Shown here piece after piece: positions 44,605 through 55,460 of a DNA stretch of 64,000 bases. The notes under the pieces are model-generated. The model did not search any database. It was given only the letters and a program-made list of their open reading frames with translations, and was not told where the DNA came from. The translations under genes were made by a program, and so were the position numbers. The DNA lies in assembly GCA_041687695.1 (NCBI GenBank), contig JAWLBL010000012.1:92060-156059 (forward strand). The letters run 5' to 3'. The DNA comes from Myxococcota bacterium. GTDB taxonomy: Bacteria; Myxococcota_A; UBA9042; PHBI01; JAWLBL01. The first letter of the stretch is position 1. Each line of letters begins with the position of its first letter.

Positions 44605-47600
44605 ATGCCTGGCAAATGGCTCGGAACGTGGCCCCTCATCCGGCAGCTGACCCGGCGCAAGGACGGCACCGGGAAGGAGGCCGAGTCCCCGGCGACGCAC
44701 GCCTTCGTCTCGCGCACCCGAGACGCCGATGTGGCCCGCTCGATCTGCCCCTACTGCGCGGTCGGCTGCGGACAGCGCATCTTCCACCGCGACGGCCAGC
44801 TCGTGGCCATCGACGGCGACCCCGAGAGCCCCATCAACGAGGGCACCCTGTGCCCCAAGGGCGCGGCCTCGCACCAGCTGCTGACCCACGAGGGGCGCCT
44901 GCTGAAGGCCCGCTATCGCGCGCCCCGGTCGTCGCGGTGGCAAGCGATCGATCTCGAGCAGGCGATGGACATGATCGCCGACCGCGTCTGGGCGTCGCGC
45001 GCCCGCTCCTGGCAGACCGAGACCGACGACGGGCAGCCGCTCAGACGCACGACCGCGGTCGCCCACCTGGGCGGCGCGACGCTCGACAACGAAGAGAACT
45101 ACCTCATCAAGAAGCTCTTCACCGCCGGGCTCGGGATGGTCTGCGTCTCGAACCAGGCCCGGATATGACACAGCGCCACGGTGCCCGGTCTGGGCACCTC
45201 CTTCGGTCGCGGCGGCGCCACGACCGCGCAGCAGGATCTCGCCAACGCCGACTGCATCCTCATCCAGGGCTCGTCCATGGCCGAGGCGCACCCCGTGGGC
45301 TTCCGCTGGGTGATGAAGGCCCGTGAGCGGGGCGCCACCATCATCCACGTCGATCCGCGCTTTTCACGCACCAGCGCCATGGCGGACGTGTGGATCCCGC
45401 TGCGCGCCGGCACCGACATCGCGCTCCTGGGCGGCCTCATCCGCTGGGTGCTCGAGGAGGGGCGCTACTTCGACGAGTACGTCCGCCACTACACCAACGC
45501 TTCGGTCATCCTGAAAGAGGAGTACGTCGACGCCGAGGACGGCGACGGCGTCTTCTCGGGCTGGGACGAGCAGCAGCGCTCGTACGACCCGGCCTCGTGG
45601 CAGTACGAGGGCGACGACCTGGGTCGGCCGCGGCGGGACATGACGCTGCAGCACCCGCGCTGCGTGTTCCAGGTGCTGCGGCGGCACTTCGCCCGCTATA
45701 CGCCCGAGAGGGTCCAGCGCGTCTGCGGCATTCCACCCGAGCTGTTCCTCGAGGCGGCGCGCGCCCTGGCCGACGCCAGCGGCCCCGAGCGGACGGCCGC
45801 CATCTGCTACTCGGTCGGCTGGACCCAGCACTCCAAGGGCGTGCAGATCATCCGCGCGGCCGCCATCCTGCAGCTGCTGCTGGGCAATATCGGCCGCCCG
45901 GGCGGCGGCATCCTGGCCCTGCGCGGGCACGCGTCCATCCAGGGCTCGACCGACATCCCGACCCTGTACGACATGCTGCCGGGCTATCTGCCGATGCCCA
46001 AGGCCGAGCCCGGCGACCGGACCCTGCGCGACTACATCGCCGCCCACCGACACGAGCGCGGCCTGTGGGCCGGCTTCGGCGGCTACGCCGTCAGCCTGCT
46101 CAAGGCCTACTACGGCCGCTCGGCGACGCCGGACAACGACTTCGGCTTCGGCCTTCTGCCGCGCCTGACCGGCGACCACTCGCACTTCTCCTACTGGGTC
46201 GACATGGCCGAGGGGAAGGTCGAGGGGCTGTTCGTGATGGGGCAGAACCCGGCGGTCGGGGCGACGCACGCGCGCCTTCAGCGCAAGGCGATGGCGCGCC
46301 TGAAGTGGCTTGTGGTGCGCGACCTCGTGGAGACCGAGACCGCGGCCTTCTGGAAGGACTCGCCCGAGGTCGAGCGGGGCGAGCTGGCGCCCGAGACCAT
46401 CGACACCGAGGTCTTCGTGCTGCCCGCCGCCGGCCACGCCGAAAAAGAGGGCACCTTCACCAACACGCAGCGCCTGCTCCAGTGGCGCGACAAGGCCGTC
46501 GACCCCGAGGGCGACCGCCGCAGCGAGGCGTGGTTCGTCCATCAGCTGGCCAAGCGGCTCATCGCGCGGGCGCGGCGCTCGGACGACCCGCGCGACGCGG
46601 CGCTGCGGGCGCTGGACTGGTGGTATCCCGAGGACGAGCATGGAGAGCCGGACGTCGAGGCGGTGCTGGCCGAGATCAACGGCTGGCAGGTCGACTCCGG
46701 GCAGGGCAGCATGGGCGTGGTCCACGGGCAGGACCGCGAGGGGCGGCCGCACCACGGCCCGCAGCTGCCCGATTACAAGGCGCTTCAGGACGACGGGTCG
46801 ACGGCCTGCGGGTGCTGGATCTACTCGGGCGCCCTGGGTCCCGACGGGGTGAACAAGCCGCGCCGCCGCGAGCCGTCCGACCCCTACGGCCACGGCTGGG
46901 GCTTCGCCTGGCCGGGCGACCGCCGCATCCTGTACAACCGCGCCAGCGCGCGGCCCGACGGGCTCCCTTGGAGCGAGCGCAAAAAGCTGGTCTGGTGGGA
47001 CCCGGCCAAGGGCCAGTGGACCGGCCACGACGAGCCCGACTTCCCGGTGGACCGCCCGCCCGACTACCGCCCGGACGACGACGCCCAGGGCATGGACGCC
47101 ATCGCGGGGGACGCGCCCTTCACCATCCACGGCGAGGGCCTGGGCCGCCTGTTCGCACCGCACGGCCTGCAGGACGGCCCGCTGCCGACCCACTACGAGC
47201 CGCTCGAGTCGCCCGAGCACAACGCGCTGTACGGGCGCGAGACCAACCCGCCGGTCACCTGGTACCCTCGGCCGGACAACCGCTTCGCGCCGCCCGGCGA
47301 CCGGCGCTTCCCCATCGTGCTGACCACCTACCGGCTCACCGAGCACCACACCGCGGGCGGCATGAGCCGGACGCTGTCGCGCCTGTCCGAGCTGCAGCCC
47401 GAGATGTTCGTCGAGATGTCGCCCGAGCTGGCCCTCGCGCTGCGCGTCCGCACCGGCGAGCCGGTCTCGGTGGTGACCCTGCGCGGCGCCATCGAGGCCA
47501 AGGCCCTGGTCACCCGGCGCATCCGGCCGCTGCGGCTGAACGGGCACCTGGTCCACCAGGTCGCCATGCCCTTCCACTTCGGCTCCGTGGGCGACGTCAA

Positions 47601-47838
47601 GGGCGACGCCGCCAACGACCTCTTCGGCCTCAGCGGCGAACCCAACGTGACCATCCAGGAGTCCAAGGCCGCGACCTGCACCATCGTCCCCGGCCCGCTG
47701 CCGCGCGGCCGGCACTTCCAGGCCTTTTTCGAGCGGCACGCCCAGCCCGACCGAGGCCGACACCCCGAGCAGCCCGCGCGCGACCACGATCCCACGCGCG
47801 GCCGCCCCAGCGGCGAGAGCGAGGAGGGCAACGCATGA
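44605..47838 (+). CDS. Selenocysteine-containing formate dehydrogenase alpha subunit (FdnG/FdoG-like, 1077 aa); UGA at codon 188 read as Sec
   Basis: CPYCAVGCG..CPKG; NQARI-[TGA]-HSATVPGL..FGRGGATT in frame; LRGH; TTYRLTEH. The ORF track splits it into two ORFs. Confidence 0.93.
45166..45198 (+). promoter_or_regulatory. Sec UGA codon plus bacterial SECIS hairpin
   Basis: TGA 45166-45168, 11-nt spacer, then GGTGCCC-GGTCT-GGGCACC stem-loop. Confidence 0.85.
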
Positions 47839-48713
47839 GCATCGGCGACGGGCCCAGCGGCCCCAACCAGCGCCAGCACGACGCCATGGAGGCGGGCCGC
47901 ACGGTCGGCTTCTTCACCGACCCGACCCTGTGCATCGGCTGCAAGGCCTGCGAGGTGGCCTGCAAGGAGTGGAACCAGATCCCGGCCGACGGCACCGGGT
48001 TCACCGGCCACTCCTACGACCACACCTCGCACCTCGGCGCCTCCACCTGGCGCCACGTCAAATTCGTAGAGCAGGACCTGCCCCGCGGCCACCAGCTCGC
48101 CGGCCCGATGACGGGCGAGGCCGACGACGGGGGCGCCGAGCCCGCCTTCCGCTGGGTCTTCCTCTCCGACGTCTGCAAGCACTGCGAGGTCGCCGGCTGC
48201 CTCGAGGCCTGCCCGACCGGCGCCATCATCCGGACCGACGCCGGCACCGTCTTCGTGCAGGACGACGTCTGCAACGGCTGCGGCTACTGCGTCGTGTCCT
48301 GCCCCTTCGGCGTCATCGACCGGCGCGACGACCCGCTGCCCGGCGCGGGCGGCGCCTACAAGTGCACCTTCTGCCACGACCGCCAGGCGGTCGGCGACAC
48401 GCCCGCCTGCGCCAAGGCCTGCCCGACCGAGTCCATCCTCTTCGGCCCGCTCGACGACCTGCGCGCCCACGCCCGCCGCCGCGTCGAGCAACTCCGCGAC
48501 CAGGGCTTCGAAGACGCCCAGCTGTACGACCCGGCCCAGACCTCGGTCCGCGGCACCCACGCCTTCTCGCTGGTGCTCGGCGCCCTCGAGGCCTACGGCC
48601 TGCCGCCAAACCCCCAGGTCCCCACCGTCCACCTGCGCCCGGCCTGGACCAGCGCCCTCCTCACCGCCGCCGCCGGCTGGGCGGTCGCCTTCGCCGCCTT
48701 CGCCCTGCTCTGA
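47835..48713 (+). CDS. Formate dehydrogenase iron-sulfur subunit (FdnH-like)
   Basis: CIGCKACEVAC, CKHC...CLEACP, CNGCGYCVVSCP, KCTFC..PACAKACP; C-terminal TM. Confidence 0.92.
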   Translation: MSIGDGPSGPNQRQHDAMEAGRTVGFFTDPTLCIGCKACEVACKEWNQIPADGTGFTGHSYDHTSHLGASTWRHVKFVEQDLPRGHQLAGPMTGEADDGGAEPAFRWVFLSDVCKHCEVAGCLEACPTGAIIRTDAGTVFVQDDVCNGCGYCVVSCPFGVIDRRDDPLPGAGGAYKCTFCHDRQAVGDTPACAKACPTESILFGPLDDLRAHARRRVEQLRDQGFEDAQLYDPAQTSVRGTHAFSLVLGALEAYGLPPNPQVPTVHLRPAWTSALLTAAAGWAVAFAAFALL

Positions 48714-48727
48714 CCACGGAGCCCGCC

Positions 48728-49708
48728 ATGGCCATCACCTACGACGAGCGCGAGCTGGGCCCGCGCGCCACGACCGAGGCCGAACCCCGCGACCACGCCC
48801 TGCCCACGACCCAGGCCGAGGCCATCGCCGGCGATCACGACGAGGCCGGCTATTACGGCCTGCCCATCGTGCTGCCCCCGGTGTGGACCTGGCAGATCCC
48901 GACCTATTTCTTCATCGGCGGCCTGTCGGGCATGGCGGCGGTCCTGGCCTGCGCCGCCCTCTTCGTCGCGGGCGACCCCGCCCTGGTGACGGCGGCCATG
49001 GCCCTGGCCGGCGTCGGCGCCGTCCTCGCGCCCGTCCTGCTGGCCTGGGATCTCGGCCGCCCCGCGCGCTTCCTGTACATGCTGCGCGTCTTCAAGTGGC
49101 GCTCGCCCATGTCGGTCGGCAGCTGGATCGTCACCTGCTTCGGCGCCGCCGCCCTGCCTGCCCTGGCCCTGTGCCTGCTCTACGACGCCGCGGCCTCGCC
49201 CTCGCCCCTGCTCACCGCCGTCCGCGCCGCGGCCATCGCCAGCGCCGCCCTCTTCGGCGCCCTGCTCGCGACCTACACCGCGGTCCTCATCGGCGCCACC
49301 GTCATCCCGGCCTGGTCGGTCCACCGGACCCTGCTCCCCGTCCACTTCGGCGCCGCCGGCCTGGGCTCGGCCGCGGCCGCCCTCGAATTGCTGGGCTTCA
49401 CCCACCCCGCCCTGAACGCCGTCGCCTATGTCGCCATCGCCGTCGAGATCGCCATCGCCCTGCGCCTCGAGCTGGCCCACCACGGCGTCGTCGACCGCCC
49501 CACCCGCCACGGCAAGAGCGGCTGGCTCATCCGCTCCGGCGGCCTCGCCACCGGCCCCCTGGCCCTCCTCCTGCGCCTCGTCGGCTGGCGCGAGCTCTCG
49601 GCCCTCGCCTTCCTCCTCGGCGCCGCCCTCAGCCGCTTCGGCTGGCACGCCGCCGGCCCCGCCTCCGCCAACGACCCCCGCGCCACCCTGGCCCTGCAGC
49701 GCCGCTGA
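48728..49708 (+). CDS. NrfD/PsrC family membrane anchor
   Basis: WTWQIPTYFFIGG, DLGRPARF, SPMSVGSW, YTAVL..IPAW. Confidence 0.9.
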   Translation: MAITYDERELGPRATTEAEPRDHALPTTQAEAIAGDHDEAGYYGLPIVLPPVWTWQIPTYFFIGGLSGMAAVLACAALFVAGDPALVTAAMALAGVGAVLAPVLLAWDLGRPARFLYMLRVFKWRSPMSVGSWIVTCFGAAALPALALCLLYDAAASPSPLLTAVRAAAIASAALFGALLATYTAVLIGATVIPAWSVHRTLLPVHFGAAGLGSAAAALELLGFTHPALNAVAYVAIAVEIAIALRLELAHHGVVDRPTRHGKSGWLIRSGGLATGPLALLLRLVGWRELSALAFLLGAALSRFGWHAAGPASANDPRATLALQRR

Positions 49709-49735
49709 CGCCGCCCGGGTCGCCCACGCGCTGGC

Positions 49736-50443
49736 TCAGGCCATGGCCGGGAGCTCACCACCGGCCGGCGCGCGCGCGCTCCGTTGCGACAGCTCGGCCT
49801 TGATGCGCGCCCCGACCCGCGCCGTCGCGGCCTTGTTGAAGCCGGCGCTGACGACCATCCCGACGAAGGGGACCGCCTTGACCAGGCTCTTGCTGGCGAG
49901 GACGACTGCGACCTGCGACAGGGCCTTCACCGTCAGCTTGGCGAGCTCGCGCGGCGCGTAGGCGAAGATGGCGCTCTTCTCGGCCGCCAGGAGATCCCGC
50001 ATCGCGTCGCGGCTCGTGGCCACGCCGTACATACCGATGGACGCCAGCAGGTAGGCGATCTGACGCTCCTGCTCGCGGTCGATGTCGAACCCGTACACGT
50101 GGGCCAGCGCCAGCGCCATCTCGATCTCGTACTTCATCATGTAAGCCATGTCCGCCAGGGTGCCCCCGGTCGCGGCGACCACGCCGCCCACCACCGGCAG
50201 CAGACCCGCCACGGAGGTGGCGCCGCCCGAGATGGCCGCCTTGGTGGCGTAGTGGCGCACCACGAGGTCGGCCAGCGCCTCGCGACGGGCCGCCGCATAG
50301 GTCGGCTTCGGCGTGAGGGGCACCTGGCCCGGCCGCTGGTCGAGGCTGCGGACCACCTCGCGGATGGCGTCGTTGCTCGCCAGGATGCGGTCGATGGCGG
50401 TGAGGAGCTGCTGGCCGGCGGGCTGCGAGTCGTGCTGGGTCAT
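49736..50443 (-). CDS. EcsC-like family protein
   Basis: SGGATSVAGLLPVVG..ALAHVYGFD..KAVPFVG. Confidence 0.65.
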   Translation of the reverse strand: MTQHDSQPAGQQLLTAIDRILASNDAIREVVRSLDQRPGQVPLTPKPTYAAARREALADLVVRHYATKAAISGGATSVAGLLPVVGGVVAATGGTLADMAYMMKYEIEMALALAHVYGFDIDREQERQIAYLLASIGMYGVATSRDAMRDLLAAEKSAIFAYAPRELAKLTVKALSQVAVVLASKSLVKAVPFVGMVVSAGFNKAATARVGARIKAELSQRSARAPAGGELPAMA

Positions 50444-50679
50444 GGCGACGCTCTCTGAGTGGGAGACCTGGGAGGGTCGGCGCGGCGTCCGTCCGCGCTT
50501 GCCTGGAGAGAGCATCGACCTCGTCCGAACTCTGACAGTTGTGCGGCCGCTCGCGCTCGCACGACGCCTCCCCCGCTCCGTCTTGCGCCGACGAGTCGCC
50601 CCCATCGGCGACTACGCGCCTTCCAAGCCTGACACCCATCGCGACGTGCGAGGACGAACCGAGCCGGGCCGCAGCGAGG

Positions 50680-51057
50680 TCACCACGACAGCCGCGTCAC
50701 GCCCTCGACGCGATCGAAGTGCGCATCCCGGCTGACCACCGGGAGACCATGCTGGTGTGCGAGCGCTGCGATCCACACGTCATTTTCGGGAATCGGTGTT
50801 CCGGCCTGCCGTAGCCGGTCTCTCACGAGCGCATACACACGCGCGGTCTCGGCCTCGATGGCCAGGACGTCGCAAGCGTCGACCAGGGCTTCGAGGAGGG
50901 GCTCCAGCGTCGAGCGGTGACGCGATCGAAGCAGGCCGAATCGGTACTCGCCGACGACGATGACGGGCAGCTCGTGGCGTGGCGCCTGGCCCAGCACCTC
51001 TGCCAGATCGAGGTCCCCAGCCAGCAGGGCCGAGACGGCGTTGGTGTCTAGAATCAA
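50680..51057 (-). CDS. vapC: VapC/PIN domain toxin
   Basis: ILDTN, GE, PENDVWIAA, SRDAHF; TTG start overlapping the antitoxin stop. Confidence 0.9.
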   Translation of the reverse strand: MILDTNAVSALLAGDLDLAEVLGQAPRHELPVIVVGEYRFGLLRSRHRSTLEPLLEALVDACDVLAIEAETARVYALVRDRLRQAGTPIPENDVWIAALAHQHGLPVVSRDAHFDRVEGVTRLSW

Positions 51058-51299
51058 AGCCAGGTGTCGGGGTCGATGGTCTCGAACTCGGCGCTCACGA
51101 TGGCGTCGACCTCGACGGTCATCTCGCGCCGTGCCGCTCCGAACACCTGGCGCCACCCCGGCGCCTCGGCTCCTTCGAGCGCGTCCAGCTTTTCCCGGAG
51201 GGCCTCGCCCACGAGCTCCTTCAGCGGGCGGCCTTGGAGCGCCGCCGCCGCTTTGATGCGTCGGTAGAGTTCGTTCGGCAGTTCGATGGTCGCCTTCAT
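51054..51299 (-). CDS. Ribbon-helix-helix antitoxin (VapB-like)
   Basis: MKATIELPNELYRRIKAAAALQGRPLKELVGEAL, directly upstream of the PIN gene. Confidence 0.8.
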   Translation of the reverse strand: MKATIELPNELYRRIKAAAALQGRPLKELVGEALREKLDALEGAEAPGWRQVFGAARREMTVEVDAIVSAEFETIDPDTWL

Positions 51300-51511
51300 G
51301 CCCGACAACCTACGCGCCGCCTTGTCGCCAAGCAAGCTGGTTTCCTTGCTTGCTGGGCCTCCCTCCGCGCTCGACGACAGGCTGTCGACCGCGCCCCCCT
51401 CCTGCCCCGGCCCGCGCCTCATCCCGCGACTTTCGTGACGCCGATCACGCATTCGCACTCCGCCGCGCCCCATGCCATGGTGAAGGCGCGCCACACGCGG
51501 GAGCCCCACCG

Positions 51512-51886
51512 ATGACCCGATGCATCTCGTGCGAAGTCGGCCGCGCCATGGGCTGCCACACCTACTGCTGTAAGCTCCTCGTCCGTCTGCAGCCCGACGA
51601 GGCCGCCGCCCTCTTCCCCGACGCGCCCGACCGCCGCTGGGTCGACAAGGCGCCCGACGGCTGGTGCGTCCACCTCGACCGCGCCACCCACGCCTGTGAC
51701 ATCTGGTCGCGCCGCCCCCGGGTCTGCCGCGAGTACTTCTGCAACGACGACTTCCTTCTCCAGATCGCCCTCCGCCACGGCCCCGTCCGCCTCGTCGATC
51801 TCGTGCGCCTGGCCCAGACCGCCTACATCCCCAAGGAGACCTACCGCCGGGTCCCCGAGCCCCCGCCCGACGACCAGGCCCGTTGA
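51512..51886 (+). CDS. YkgJ-like cysteine cluster protein
   Basis: CxxC..CxxxCC..CVHLD..C.I...RPRVCREY. Confidence 0.8.
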   Translation: MTRCISCEVGRAMGCHTYCCKLLVRLQPDEAAALFPDAPDRRWVDKAPDGWCVHLDRATHACDIWSRRPRVCREYFCNDDFLLQIALRHGPVRLVDLVRLAQTAYIPKETYRRVPEPPPDDQAR

Positions 51887-51970
51887 TGTCCCGTTGACGC
51901 GCTCGGCGGTGCACGACGAGCCCCGGCCGGCGTACAGTGGCGCCCTCGCGGACGCGACGGAGGCGGGCGG

Positions 51971-54598
51971 ATGGGCGTTTACGTGCTGGATTTCCACGAG
52001 ATCGACCCGACTCAGCTCTCGGTCGTGGGCGGCAAGGGCGCGCACCTCGGCGAGCTCTCGCGCCTCGAGGGCGTCGTCGTGCCGGCTGGGTTCTGCGTCA
52101 CGACCGGCGCTTTCGAGCGGGTCGTGGCCGCCGCGCCGTCGATGGACCACCTGCTCGACCGCCTCTCGCTGCTCGAACCGGACGACCGCCAGGCGATCGC
52201 CGCGCTCAGCGCCGAGGTCCGCGAGATCCTCGAAGCCGTCGCCATCCCCGACGATCTGGCCGCCGAGATCACCGACGCGCTCGCCCGCCTCGACGACCAG
52301 GACGCCTACGCCGTCCGCTCCAGCGCGACGGCCGAGGACCTGCCGACGGCCTCCTTCGCGGGGCAGCAGGACACCTACCTGAACGTCGTGGGGCCGGCAG
52401 CGGTCCTCGAGCACGTCCGCCGATGCTGGGCCTCGCTCTACACCGAGCGGGCCGTGGCCTATCGCCTGCGGAGCGGCTTCGACCACCGAAGGGTCCAGAT
52501 GGCCGTCGTCGTACAGCGGATGGTCTTCCCGCAGGCCGCGGGCGTCCTGTTCACGGCCGACCCGATCACCGGCCACCGCAAGGTCGCCTCCATCGAGGCC
52601 GTCTTCGGCCTCGGCGAGGCGCTGGTCTCGGGCGTGGTGAACGCCGACGTCTTCAGGGTGCGCGACGGCCACATCCTCACCCGCTCCATCGCCTCCAAGC
52701 GACTCGCCATCCTGCCCTCGCCCGCCGGCGGCACCCAGCAGGCGCCCATCGAGCCCGGCCGCCAGCAAGAACCCGCCCTGACGGACGACCAGGTCGCGCG
52801 CCTCGCGCAGCTCGGCCGGCGCCTCGAGGCCCACTTCGGCCGCCCCCAGGACATCGAGTGGTGCCTGGTCGGCGACGCCTTCCACATCGTCCAGAGCCGG
52901 CCCATCACCACGCTGTTCCCCATCCCCGCGGCGGCCGACGACCACGACCGCGTCTACGTCTCGGTCGGCCACCAGCAGATGATGACCGACCCGATGAAGC
53001 CGCTGGGCCTGTCGATGTGGCAGCGCTCGGCCGGCCGGCCCATGTTCGAGGCGGGCGGCCGGCTGTTCGTCGACGTCACCCAGCAGCTGGCCTCGCCCGC
53101 CAGCCGCGCGGGCCTGATGGCGATGCTGGGCAAGTCCGACCCGCTCATCGGCGACGCGCTCCAGCAGCTCGTCGACCGCGGCGACTTCCTGCCACCGCCG
53201 CCGGACCAGGCGCCCGCCGGGCCGCCGCCCAAAGGCCCGCCCGCCCCCATCGAGACGGATCCGTCCATCGTCACCGCCCTCATCGACCGCGCCGAAGCCT
53301 CGCTCGCCACCTTGAAGCGAGAGATTGAGCCCCTGTCCGGACCTGCGCTGCTCGACTTCATCCTGGCGGACCTCGAGGAGCTCAAGCGCCTCGCCTTCGA
53401 TCCCCAGAGCCTCCAGGCGCTCATGGCCGGCATCCAGGCCGCCTGGTGGCTCAACGACCAGCTCCAGACGTGGCTCGGCGAGAAGAACGCGGCCGACACG
53501 CTCACCCAGTCGGTCCCCAACAACGTCACCTCCGAGATGGGCCTGGCCCTGCTGGACGTCGCCGACGCCATCCGCCCGCACCCCGAGGTCGTGGCCTTGT
53601 TGCGGCGCACCAGGGACGACGCCTTCCTGGACGCGCTGCGCGACCTCCCAGGCGGGCCAGAGGCGCGCGACGCCATCGACGCCTGGCTCCAGAGGTACGG
53701 CGTGCGCTGCGTCGGCGAGATCGACATCACCCGCCCGCGCTTTCGCGAGCGCCCCTCGACGCTGCTGCCCATCCTGCTGGGCCACACCGAGCACGCCGAA
53801 CCCGGCGCCGCCCAGCGCCGCTTCGAGCGAGGCCTTCGTCAAGCGCAGGACAAGGAACGAGAGGTGCTCGAGCGCCTGCGCACCCTCCCCGAGGGCGAGG
53901 CCAAGGCCGCCGAGACCAAGCGCATGATCGATCGGGTCCGGACCTTCGCCGGCTACCGCGAGTACCCCAAGTACGCCATGGTGAGCCGCTACTTCGTCTA
54001 CAAGCAGGCCCTGCTGCGCGAAGCCGACCGCCTCGTCCAGGCCCACGTCCTGCGCGACCCCGAAGACCTCTTCTTCCTCACCCTCCCCGAGCTGCACGAC
54101 CTCGTCCGCACCCACCAACTCGCCCCCCAGCTCGTCCGCCAGCGCAAGGACACCTTCCGCGCCCACCAGGCCCTCACGCCGCCCCGCGTCCTCACCTCGG
54201 ACGGCGAGGCCATCACCGGCTCCTACCGCCGCACCGACCTGCCGCCCAACGCCCTCGTCGGCCTCGCCGTCTCGTCCGGCACCGTCGAGGGCCGCGCCCG
54301 CGTCATCCTCGACCTCGCCCACGCCGACCTCGAACCGGGCGACATCCTGGTCACCCCCTTCACCGACCCCAGCTGGACGCCCCTCTTCCTCTCCATCCGC
54401 GGCCTCGTCACCGAGGTCGGCGGCCTGATGACCCACGGCGCCGTCATCGCCCGCGAGTACGGCCTCCCCGCCGTCGTCGGCGTCGAAAACGCCACCCGCC
54501 TCATCCGCGACGGCCAACGCCTCCGCGTCCACGCCACCGACGGCTTCGTCGAGCTGCTCTCGGAACCAACGATCACAGTGGGAGTCACCTCGGCATGA
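51971..54598 (+). CDS. rph: Rifamycin-inactivating phosphotransferase
   Basis: ATP-grasp VGGKG..AVRSSATAEDL; central YVSVGHQQMMTD and GYREYPKY; C-terminal swivel GGLMTHGAVIAREYG. Confidence 0.88.
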   Translation: MGVYVLDFHEIDPTQLSVVGGKGAHLGELSRLEGVVVPAGFCVTTGAFERVVAAAPSMDHLLDRLSLLEPDDRQAIAALSAEVREILEAVAIPDDLAAEITDALARLDDQDAYAVRSSATAEDLPTASFAGQQDTYLNVVGPAAVLEHVRRCWASLYTERAVAYRLRSGFDHRRVQMAVVVQRMVFPQAAGVLFTADPITGHRKVASIEAVFGLGEALVSGVVNADVFRVRDGHILTRSIASKRLAILPSPAGGTQQAPIEPGRQQEPALTDDQVARLAQLGRRLEAHFGRPQDIEWCLVGDAFHIVQSRPITTLFPIPAAADDHDRVYVSVGHQQMMTDPMKPLGLSMWQRSAGRPMFEAGGRLFVDVTQQLASPASRAGLMAMLGKSDPLIGDALQQLVDRGDFLPPPPDQAPAGPPPKGPPAPIETDPSIVTALIDRAEASLATLKREIEPLSGPALLDFILADLEELKRLAFDPQSLQALMAGIQAAWWLNDQLQTWLGEKNAADTLTQSVPNNVTSEMGLALLDVADAIRPHPEVVALLRRTRDDAFLDALRDLPGGPEARDAIDAWLQRYGVRCVGEIDITRPRFRERPSTLLPILLGHTEHAEPGAAQRRFERGLRQAQDKEREVLERLRTLPEGEAKAAETKRMIDRVRTFAGYREYPKYAMVSRYFVYKQALLREADRLVQAHVLRDPEDLFFLTLPELHDLVRTHQLAPQLVRQRKDTFRAHQALTPPRVLTSDGEAITGSYRRTDLPPNALVGLAVSSGTVEGRARVILDLAHADLEPGDILVTPFTDPSWTPLFLSIRGLVTEVGGLMTHGAVIAREYGLPAVVGVENATRLIRDGQRLRVHATDGFVELLSEPTITVGVTSA

Positions 54599-55299
54599 CG
54601 CGTGGAAAGCAACCGTGTCCCTGTTGCGGGCACTGCACGCTCCCAGAGCGAGGCCGCTTCGAGATCTGTCCAGTCTGTCTGTGGGAGGACGACGGCCACG
54701 ACGACGTGGACGCCCACGTGGACCGAGGGGGACCGAACGCAGGCATGACCCTGTGGCAGGCGCGAGCGAACTTCCTGAAGTTCGGAGCCTGTGGCGAAAG
54801 GGTCGCGAAGCTCACGCGCCGCCCGGCCTCAGACGAACCCAAGACTCGCCACTGGTCCCTGCTCGATGGCGTCGCGGTCGAGTTGATCCCGGCGACCGAC
54901 GTAACGCCCTGGAACCTCCTCCACGACGGAACCATAGTCGGGCTTCAGCGGCACGGCGATCGCGTCTCCGTACGCGTCGAAATCGCGTATCTGAGGACGC
55001 GATACCAAGCGCCAGGCGACGGTTTTCAGCTCGAGTTACTCGACGGCTCGAAAATCGAGTACATCCCCTACGATGAACCTCCGATCTCGTCGCTCGACGA
55101 GATTGCCAGCCTCGAACCGGAAATCGTCAGCGCCGACACCGAAGATGGAACCGTCTCGGTCTGGGGCAGCGACGGCGCGCTCCGACTCCGCTACCACGCT
55201 CTCGCTCTGCGGCTCGACGACGGCTCCCCGCTGTCTCTTTCAGCTCTCGTCGAGTGCGCTAGGGCGTATTGGGATGAGTGGGAGCGCCAGCGGCCGTAG
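54595..55299 (+). CDS. CPCC cysteine-rich domain protein with an extra C-terminal domain
   Basis: CPCCG..EICPVCLWEDDG..GGPN..LWQARANF; lower GC than its neighbours. Confidence 0.8.
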   Translation: MTRGKQPCPCCGHCTLPERGRFEICPVCLWEDDGHDDVDAHVDRGGPNAGMTLWQARANFLKFGACGERVAKLTRRPASDEPKTRHWSLLDGVAVELIPATDVTPWNLLHDGTIVGLQRHGDRVSVRVEIAYLRTRYQAPGDGFQLELLDGSKIEYIPYDEPPISSLDEIASLEPEIVSADTEDGTVSVWGSDGALRLRYHALALRLDDGSPLSLSALVECARAYWDEWERQRP

Positions 55300-55460
55300 G
55301 AGAGGGTCCGCTCTGAAGCTTGCCCAATGGGCCGGCGGCTCACTGACAGAGAGGGACGCGCCCTCGCGAGGTTTGTAGCGATACCGACACGTACGCACGT
55401 CACCTCGGTCGCAGGGTCGCCCGAGGGTGCGACCGCGTTCAGCAGCAGAGGGGATGGACC

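Noticed and set aside
44605..45180. FDH pseudogene or two separate genes
   Set aside because: The stop is an in-frame TGA at the catalytic Cys/Sec site and is followed by a SECIS-like hairpin
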